Source: Candidatus Yanofskybacteria bacterium (lineage in GTDB: Bacteria; Patescibacteriota; Minisyncoccia; 2-02-FULL-40-12; GWA2-44-9). Taken from it: a stretch of 55,544 bases of DNA. The stretch spans positions 1 to 55,544 of the forward strand of contig JAHFKT010000003.1 of NCBI GenBank assembly GCA_023245235.1, in the 5' to 3' direction. Made by a program: the position numbers and the translations under genes. Positions 49,070 to 55,544 of the stretch are shown here, piece by piece. The number at the start of each line of letters is the position of its first letter. The first letter of the stretch is position 1. The notes under the pieces were generated by a model. It was not told the DNA's origin, did no database searches, and was given only the letters and a program-made list of their open reading frames with translations.

Positions 49070-49537
49070 ATGAGATTCCATCAGGCGGTTTGGTCAGCAC
49101 TTTTCGTTCTTCTGTGCAGCTCCCACGCTTTCGGCCAGGAGAAGATCAGGATCTTCAACCAAACCCACCTTTCGATCACGCTTGCCCCGCTACAGTCGGA
49201 AGTTCGCTATCGGGTGTTCCTGAATCCTCTGGGACTTCGGGCACCGTCGAGGGACCGCCTGATGTCCTATCGGTGCACGGGTACGGATATCGAGATTACC
49301 CTCACGCGTGTTGCCGTCAGACGCTATGAGCTTGCGATACTCATCAGGAGTGCGTTCGATCTGTCGGTCGGATTTTCCGGCCTGGCCCCGACACCCCTGG
49401 TCCATACGCTGCTTGAACCCCGCTATGCCGAGTATCCCCAGTATGCCGTGCACGCAGAACTTACCAAGTTCGAGCGCCCCCCATCTCCGACAACGCAGAA
49501 CCTAGACTGTTCCAAGTCTTGGTCGGTCGGCCGCTAA
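49070..49537 (+). CDS. Hypothetical secreted protein
   Basis: Signal-peptide-like N-terminus (HAFG); hairpin TGGCGC/GCGCCA after the stop. Confidence 0.5.
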   Translation: MRFHQAVWSALFVLLCSSHAFGQEKIRIFNQTHLSITLAPLQSEVRYRVFLNPLGLRAPSRDRLMSYRCTGTDIEITLTRVAVRRYELAILIRSAFDLSVGFSGLAPTPLVHTLLEPRYAEYPQYAVHAELTKFERPPSPTTQNLDCSKSWSVGR

Positions 49538-49646
49538 AAACTGGCGCAATAAGCGCCATTTTTCTTGGATAAAAATGAATTTGCAAAATAATCAAAGTCA
49601 TGATAAAATACATCCAGATTTAACTTCTAGCTATTCAAATAGAGAC

Positions 49647-49910
49647 ATGGCGCTTACCACACAGCAAAAATCAAAAGTTTTGGAAAAGGTACGGATCCAC
49701 GACAAAGATACCGGTTCTGCCGAGGCGCAGATCGCTTTGTTCACCACGGAAATCGAATTCCTGGCCAGGCATTTAAAAAAGCACCAGAAAGATAACAGTT
49801 CCCGTCTGGGCCTCCTCAAAATGGTTGCCAAGCGGAAGCGGCTCCTGGACTATTTAAAGCGCGAAGATCCCAAGCGCCACTCCTCGCTGGTTAAGAAGTT
49901 GGATCTGTAA
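49647..49910 (+). CDS. rpsO: 30S ribosomal protein S15
   Basis: HDKDTGSAEAQIA, HLKKH.KD..SR.GLLKMV.KRKRLLDYL. Confidence 0.97.
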   Translation: MALTTQQKSKVLEKVRIHDKDTGSAEAQIALFTTEIEFLARHLKKHQKDNSSRLGLLKMVAKRKRLLDYLKREDPKRHSSLVKKLDL

Positions 49911-50047
49911 TTTTAACAGAGGTCCTTCAGTCATTTTAATAATCAAGCAAGCGAGCTGATCCCGAACTAGTTCGGGATCCAATGCAAGCGAGCGATGATT
50001 ATATGGGAGAATATCTCCCCTATAACGACCGCAGTATCTCATTTTGT

Positions 50048-50560
50048 ATGAATAAACTCACCGTTCCTCAACGGAAGACCCATCGCGTCGGGGTATTTGT
50101 CGACGTTTCGAACATGTATCACTCGGCCAAGAACCTCTATAAGGCCCGCGTGAACTTTAAAGAATTGCTTCGTTTAACGGCCGGCAACCGCGAATTGGTT
50201 CGTGCGGTCGCGTATGTTGTTAAATCTGACACTGAAGAAGAAAAAGCATTCTTCGGGGCTTTGGAAAAAGCCGGGTTTGAATTGAAGTCCAAAGACCTCC
50301 AGATCTTTCCGGGCGGCATGAAAAAGGGCGATTGGGACGTGGGCATTGCGATAGACGCCATCACTCTTTCCAGACAGCTTGACGTGGTGGTCATTATCTC
50401 CGGCGACGGCGATTATGAGCCGCTCGTCGATTATTTGAAATTCAGCGGTCTCGTTGTCGAAGTGGCCGGCTTTAACCGCAGTACAAGCGCCCGGCTCATC
50501 GATGCGGCCAACAACTTCCTCGATCTTGAAGCGGTCAAAGACAGGGTTCTTCTAAGGTAA
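50048..50560 (+). CDS. NYN/LabA (DUF88) PIN-like nuclease domain protein
   Basis: VFVDVSN, KGDWDVGIAID, ISGDGDY. Confidence 0.9.
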   Translation: MNKLTVPQRKTHRVGVFVDVSNMYHSAKNLYKARVNFKELLRLTAGNRELVRAVAYVVKSDTEEEKAFFGALEKAGFELKSKDLQIFPGGMKKGDWDVGIAIDAITLSRQLDVVVIISGDGDYEPLVDYLKFSGLVVEVAGFNRSTSARLIDAANNFLDLEAVKDRVLLR

Positions 50561-50601
50561 GGAAACAAAAAGCCGGACGTGAGTCTGGCTTTTTGTTTCC
50601 T
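50560..50601 (+). terminator. Intrinsic terminator after NYN gene
   Basis: AGGAAACAAAAAGCCGGAC-GTGA-GTCTGGCTTTTTGTTTCCT. Confidence 0.8.
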
Positions 50602-50759
50602 ACCGTGCTATATTCCAACCAAGTTAATTTAACAACCAACGAAAAGCAGTTGAAAAACCAATACGAATGGGGCTTTGGCCAAATTTCTTGATCCGCTGAC
50701 CGGCGGACTCGAGGCATCCGGCCAGAATTGTTTCTCACTCTTTTGTTGGTATTTGTCCT

Positions 50760-52874
50760 ATGGCAGTAAAAAGATATACGTCGGAGTTTGCCGGTAAGCC
50801 GTTAATGGTGGAGCTCGGCCGTTTAGGCGGTCAGGCGAACGGCGTTTGTTTGGTTCAGTATGGCGAAACGAGCGTGATGATAAACGCCACCATGTCTTCG
50901 CAAGTGAAGAGCGTCGACTATATGCCGCTTCAGGTTGAGTACGAGGAAAAGTACTATGCGGCGGGTAAGATCAAGGGTTCCAAATGGATAAAGCGCGAGG
51001 GCCGTCCGTCGGACGAAGCCGTTTTATCCGGCCGTTTGATCGACCGCGCGCTCCGGCCCCGCTTTGATCATAATATCCGTAACGAGATCCAGGTTGTAGC
51101 GACAGTGCTCTCATTTGACGGGGTGAACGACCCTGACATTCCGGCGCTGTTCGGTGCATCGCTTGCCCTTCTGATATCCGATATTCCCTGGAACGGTCCG
51201 GTTGCCGGTATCCGTATCGGCCGGGTCGAGGGGAAACTGGTCCTTAACCCGACCTATAAAGAGCGTATTACGAGCGATTTCGACATCGTCGTCGCCGGCA
51301 CGGCCAATAAGATCAATATGATCGAGGCCGGAGCGAAGATCGTTCCCGAACAAGACATGGCCCAGGCTATTGCCGCCGGGTTTACGGCCCTTGGAGAATT
51401 GATCGAATTTCAGAATAAAATTGCGGCCGAATCAGGTAAAAAGAAGAAAGAACTGGCGACGGTAAGCCAGGATGAGTCACTGACCGTATTGGTCAGAGAT
51501 TTTGCCGATCAGAAGCTGGAAGCAGCGCTCTATGCTCCCGGGAAAAATAAAACTGAATTCTACGAAGGGCTTGGTCAGATCAAAGCCGAAACAGAAGAAT
51601 ATATTAAAGCTCAATTTGCAGGTAATGCCGAGTTGCCCAAGAAGCTTGTCGAGGTATCGGTCATTTTCGAAGATGAGATAGACCGCATCGTCCATAGAAA
51701 TATCCTGGAGGGTGAAAAGCGACCGGACGGTCGGAAGATCGATGAATTGCGGGCGCTGTCGGCTGATGTCGGCATACTCCCCCACACTCATGGCACAGGA
51801 CTGTTTAATCGCGGTACAACTCAGGCATTATCGATACTGACCCTTGCCGCGCCCGGCATGGAGCAATGGCTCGAGACAATGGAGATAGACCTTACAAAGA
51901 AACGGTTCATGCACCACTATGCATTTCCGCCCTATAGCGTTGGCGAAGTAAAACGGCTGGGCGGTCTCAGCCGACGCGATATCGGGCATGGCTATCTTGC
52001 CGAACGGTCTCTGGAGCCGATCATTCCCAATAAAGACGAATTCCCGTATACCATCCGCGTCGTTTCGGAGATATTGTCTTCGAACGGCTCGTCTTCAATG
52101 GCGTCGGTCTGCGGTTCGACTCTGGCATTAATGGACGGTGGCGTGCCGATCAAATCCCCTGCCGCCGGTATCGCTATGGGCCTGATGTTCGATGAAAAGG
52201 GAGAAAAATACAAGATTCTGACCGACATCCAGGGCCCGGAAGATCACCACGGCGATATGGACCTGAAAGTTGCCGGCACAAAGGACGGCGTTACCGGCAT
52301 GCAGATGGATGTGAAGATCGAGGGCATTACTCCGAAGATCGTTGAAGAGACATTGGCCCAGGCCCGCAAGGCCCGCCTGGAGATCCTTGATGTGATCACG
52401 AAGACTATCGCAACCTCCCGTAGCGAGCTTTCACCCCATGCGCCGCGGGTTCAGACAATTAAGATCAATCCGGCTAAAATCGGCGCTCTTATCGGCCCGG
52501 GTGGCAAGATGATCAATGAAATTATCGAGAAAACCGGTGCCGAGATCGATATTGAAGATGACGGCTCAGTATTCGTGACATCAAATAGCGCTGAGGGCAT
52601 GGCCAAAGCCATGGAGTTGATCAAAGAGGTTACCTATGACCCGAAGCCCGGAGACGAATTCGACGGCCGGGTTGTGAAGCTCATGGATTTCGGCGCATTC
52701 GTTGAGATCATGCCCGGTCGGGACGGCATGGTCCATGTTTCCGAGATCAGCAAAGAACGCATCGCCCATCCCAGCGATGTACTCAAGACCGGACAGACGA
52801 TACACGTCTGGGTCAAGAGCGTGGATAGCGATTCGGGCAAGATCAGCCTGACCATGAAGGGACTCCACCAGTAG
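50760..52874 (+). CDS. pnp: Polyribonucleotide nucleotidyltransferase
   Basis: GRLIDRALRP, SNGSSSMASVCG, LTDIQGPEDH.GDMD, KH (IGPGGK) and S1 domains. Confidence 0.98.
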   Translation: MAVKRYTSEFAGKPLMVELGRLGGQANGVCLVQYGETSVMINATMSSQVKSVDYMPLQVEYEEKYYAAGKIKGSKWIKREGRPSDEAVLSGRLIDRALRPRFDHNIRNEIQVVATVLSFDGVNDPDIPALFGASLALLISDIPWNGPVAGIRIGRVEGKLVLNPTYKERITSDFDIVVAGTANKINMIEAGAKIVPEQDMAQAIAAGFTALGELIEFQNKIAAESGKKKKELATVSQDESLTVLVRDFADQKLEAALYAPGKNKTEFYEGLGQIKAETEEYIKAQFAGNAELPKKLVEVSVIFEDEIDRIVHRNILEGEKRPDGRKIDELRALSADVGILPHTHGTGLFNRGTTQALSILTLAAPGMEQWLETMEIDLTKKRFMHHYAFPPYSVGEVKRLGGLSRRDIGHGYLAERSLEPIIPNKDEFPYTIRVVSEILSSNGSSSMASVCGSTLALMDGGVPIKSPAAGIAMGLMFDEKGEKYKILTDIQGPEDHHGDMDLKVAGTKDGVTGMQMDVKIEGITPKIVEETLAQARKARLEILDVITKTIATSRSELSPHAPRVQTIKINPAKIGALIGPGGKMINEIIEKTGAEIDIEDDGSVFVTSNSAEGMAKAMELIKEVTYDPKPGDEFDGRVVKLMDFGAFVEIMPGRDGMVHVSEISKERIAHPSDVLKTGQTIHVWVKSVDSDSGKISLTMKGLHQ

Positions 52875-52881
52875 TCAGACA

Positions 52882-52920
52882 AAAACAAAGACTGCCCACT
52901 CTCGGGCGGTTTTTGTTTTG
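52882..52920 (+). terminator. Intrinsic terminator after pnp
   Basis: AAAACAAAGACTGCCC-loop-GGGCGGTTTTTGTTTT. Confidence 0.8.
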
Positions 52921-53029
52921 TGCACAACAATATATTTACGTGTGCTACAATGAAAATAATATTCCTAAAGGAGGTTTTAGTATGACCAGAGAGTACAACT
53001 CTCGCGAACTCTAGAATCTTTCAATACCT

Positions 53030-54421
53030 ATGGACGATACAAGTCCAAAGCAGAGCCCTACTCAGGCCAATATCGACGATCTGGTCAAAGAACTGTCGAG
53101 GCCCCAGAATATTGGGCGCCCGTCGGCTCCAGCCCCGGCCCCAGTGGCTTCTAGGCCCGTAGTCCAACCGGTGATGCCGAAACCTCCGGTATCTGCGGTC
53201 ATGCCACCACAAACTGCTTCAAACCAGCCCAAGCCCATATCACCGGCCCCTGCTCCGGTCATGCCGCCGGCGCCGATATTGCCCAAATCGCCTCTTTCAG
53301 CTCCGGCCCCCGCCGCCCCTACCCCCGCTCCAGCGCCCAAGCCGGCAGCTCCAAAAGAATACCAGTCCAATATCCGGACTATGACCGATGACCTGAGCAA
53401 GTTGAGATCCGGCCAGCAACTTCAGGGAGTGACGATACCCCGAACCATAGAAGATCAGTCAAAAGCTCCGACTTTAGCGCCAAAGCCAGCCGTCCCGGCT
53501 CCGGTAAAGGCCCCGACTGTTCAAGTAAACCTAGGTCAAGGCCAGAAAGCCGCGCCTCTTGCCCCGACAGCGCCCAAGCCGGCAGTTCCAAAAGGTTCCG
53601 CCGAACAGAAAAATCAATTCTACGTCCCTGAAGAACCCGCCCCGGCGGCCGGTGGCATGAATCGAAACCTTCTCTTTATCGGCATCGGCGGAGCGGTAGT
53701 GGTACTGGCGGCAGCGTATTGGTATTTTATGATCCGCCAGCCAAGCGTCCAGGTTGTTGAATCTCCTACGCCCACTATCACCGAGAGTCCAAGCCCAAGC
53801 CCGACTCCCGTTGCTCTCGAGTCTATTTTTGCCAATCAAGGGGGGACAATTGCCCTACCGATTACCGGAGATCCGGGCAAGGCCTTTGCCACCGCCCTGG
53901 CCGCTCAAGCCGTTAATCCGGGCCAACTCGTTGTTCTGACCGTTTCCGGTTCAGCTGCTTCCGGAAGCACCCAAATACTGGGGACATTCGACCTCCTCGA
54001 CCGCTTCCTGATCTCATATCCCGCGAACTGGAAATCGGCAGCTCAACGCTCCATTTCCTTGGCGTACGGTCAGCAAGAAAAATTTGACGCCAAAGGTCAT
54101 CCCATCTCCAATCCTCCTCCCTCGGATAGGTTGGTCCTGGTCACGGAACTCACGGGTGCCACCATGGATGTTCTTAGGACTTGGGAACCCAGCATGACCG
54201 GTGCATTAGCGGGATTATTCGGGTTCGACAAATCGAAGAATGCCGGACCGTTCCAGGATAATAGCTATCAGGGGGTCCCCATCAGGTATAAGAACTTTCC
54301 AAACCCGGACCATTCAATAGACTATGCGATCGTTACATATCAGGGGAAGACCTATTGGGTTCTGGCCGCATCAAGAGAATCTATGTTTGCAGTAGTTAAC
54401 GCCTTCAACGCCCCAAGGTAG
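53030..54421 (+). CDS. Single-pass membrane protein with Pro/Ala-rich N-terminus
   Basis: PAP-rich region, IRTMTDDL motif, central TM helix, F.D..Y....IRY C-terminal domain. Confidence 0.8.
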   Translation: MDDTSPKQSPTQANIDDLVKELSRPQNIGRPSAPAPAPVASRPVVQPVMPKPPVSAVMPPQTASNQPKPISPAPAPVMPPAPILPKSPLSAPAPAAPTPAPAPKPAAPKEYQSNIRTMTDDLSKLRSGQQLQGVTIPRTIEDQSKAPTLAPKPAVPAPVKAPTVQVNLGQGQKAAPLAPTAPKPAVPKGSAEQKNQFYVPEEPAPAAGGMNRNLLFIGIGGAVVVLAAAYWYFMIRQPSVQVVESPTPTITESPSPSPTPVALESIFANQGGTIALPITGDPGKAFATALAAQAVNPGQLVVLTVSGSAASGSTQILGTFDLLDRFLISYPANWKSAAQRSISLAYGQQEKFDAKGHPISNPPPSDRLVLVTELTGATMDVLRTWEPSMTGALAGLFGFDKSKNAGPFQDNSYQGVPIRYKNFPNPDHSIDYAIVTYQGKTYWVLAASRESMFAVVNAFNAPR

Positions 54422-54429
54422 CGTGATGT

Positions 54430-54465
54430 GATCATAAAGGCCCCCAACTGGGGGCCTTTATGATC
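54430..54465. terminator. Inverted repeat terminator
   Basis: GATCATAAAGGCCCCC/GGGGGCCTTTATGATC. Confidence 0.75.
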
Positions 54466-54522
54466 TTAGGAGAGAATACCGAACCATTCTGATCCCAACT
54501 CAATGATAAGAGCCGGGAAAAA

Positions 54523-54614
54523 TGTCACCTGGATTGGTGACAAGATGTCACCAAAAGATGGGTGACAAATTATCCACAGTTTTTATTTGACGGGATAATC
54601 AGAAGAGTTAAAAT
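54523..54614 (+). promoter_or_regulatory. Promoter with tandem inverted repeats and a perfect DnaA box
   Basis: TGTCACC-6-GGTGACA, TGTCACC-8-GGTGACA, TTATCCACA 54570-54578, TTGACG-16-TAAAAT 54587-54614. Confidence 0.55.
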
Positions 54615-54620
54615 GATGGA

Positions 54621-54750
54621 GTAGTTCCTTCGGTTAGTCAGCTGGTGGTTACACAATAGTTTGTGGATTGCCGGCAATACACAATTCAAGGCGCGGATGT
54701 CACACCCGCATTCTTAAAACAGGACGCTTCCGCGCCTGTTTGCTTTTTAT
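54621..54750 (+). ncRNA. Candidate structured small RNA of unknown family
   Basis: Between a promoter and a U-rich tail; hairpins at 54661-54684 and 54689-54737; no ORF in the track. Confidence 0.35.
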
Positions 54751-54813
54751 GGTTGCATCGGGCAGTATTTTTCTATAGAATTGACTCATTCTTAATCTAG
54801 TAATAACATCACC

Positions 54814-55185
54814 ATGACTCAAGCTGAACTTAACAAGCTGTACGAATCGCTTACAAAAGAAGAGGCCCTTATCCGCAAAGAGCTTGCCGATGTTACGGTC
54901 AAAAATCCATCAGCAAAAGGAACTCTTCAGCCAAAACGAGTCGAATACGGAGATCCGGATGACGAGGATTCATATGCCCACGAAGTTACCGATATAGATC
55001 TCAATGTCGCGATGGAAAAAGAGTTGAAGACACGCCTGGACGAGGTCGTAAGGGCCAAAGAGAGAATAAAGGCCGGCCAATACGGCAAATGCGAGAACTG
55101 CGCACAGGATATAAAGCCCGAACGGCTGAAAGTGATGCCGATTGCCGCACTATGTATGGACTGTACTCGTAAATTAAAGTCATAA
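54814..55185 (+). CDS. DksA/TraR C4 zinc-finger protein
   Basis: Coiled coil with acidic tip (DPDDEDSYA), YGKCENC..I...RL..MP.A.LC.DC. Confidence 0.9.
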   Translation: MTQAELNKLYESLTKEEALIRKELADVTVKNPSAKGTLQPKRVEYGDPDDEDSYAHEVTDIDLNVAMEKELKTRLDEVVRAKERIKAGQYGKCENCAQDIKPERLKVMPIAALCMDCTRKLKS

Positions 55186-55214
55186 CCGATCGTGGAGGGT
55201 CGATTATCAATTTA

Positions 55215-55544
55215 TTGTCGGTACGTATTTTCTCGGCGTCGATAACCGGTATCGATGCCCAATTGATAGATGTAGAAGTGGACTCAACCCCAGGGCTCCA
55301 CTCTTTTAATATTGTCGGATTGCCCGATAAGGCAGTAGAGGAATCAAAGGAGCGCATCGCTTCGGCGATCCGTAATAATAACTTGATGCCGCCGAGCGCC
55401 AAGCATAAGAAGATAATCATCAATCTGGCGCCGGCTGATATCCGCAAAGAAGGTCCGGCTTACGACCTGCCTATTGCGGTCGGATATCTTCTCGAGACCG
55501 AACAGATCAAGTTCGATTCGGCGGGCAAGATGTTTATGGGGGAA
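55215..55544 (+). CDS. comM: ComM/YifB Mg-chelatase-like ATPase, 3'-truncated by window edge (absent from ORF track)
   Basis: From TTG 55215: GIDAQLIDVEVD..PGL..FNIVGLPDKAVEESKERI...INLAPADIRKEG..YDLPIA. Confidence 0.9.
   Translation, partial: MSVRIFSASITGIDAQLIDVEVDSTPGLHSFNIVGLPDKAVEESKERIASAIRNNNLMPPSAKHKKIIINLAPADIRKEGPAYDLPIAVGYLLETEQIKFDSAGKMFMGE

Overview
This is chromosomal DNA around the replication origin of a bacterium using the standard genetic code (TGA used as stop). Gene content and style suggest Patescibacteria/CPR, Parcubacteria-like (inference from a short IF-2, compact operons, SD-poor starts, a PrgI/VirB4/VirB6 cluster and a full type IV pilus locus). Order: PBP end, DciA-like gene, dnaN, oriC, dnaA, rpmH-rnpA-yidD-yidC-jag; a T4SS-like operon with no relaxase in the window; a minus-strand run of tRNA-Arg, CCA-adding enzyme, tRNA-Pro, NAD kinase, nucleotidyltransferase-like gene, tRNA-Ala, HEPN-like gene and VOC gene; murAB, epimerase, P-loop/CYTH protein, gatCA, ligA; pil locus and comF; a copper-type gene pair; two tRNA-Ser genes; infB; rfbB (internal TAA) and rfbA; a two-component pair; M23 peptidase; Xer recombinase; rpsO-NYN-pnp; dksA-like gene and the start of comM. 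Nine tRNA genes were read by eye. The most unusual signals are: (1) an NTase-tRNA-HEPN arrangement in which the tRNA contains the NTase stop codon and ends 3 nt before the HEPN ATG; (2) a tRNA-Ser with an ACT (A34) anticodon in a split codon box; (3) repeated placement of start codons just after tRNA 3' ends in a region rich in apparently leaderless genes, suggesting tRNA-punctuation of mRNAs; (4) antisense T-arm copies and an extended acceptor stem around tRNAs; (5) an orphan promoter-to-terminator unit with a repeat operator and DnaA box near 54.6 kb. All calls come from reading motifs only; no searches were run.
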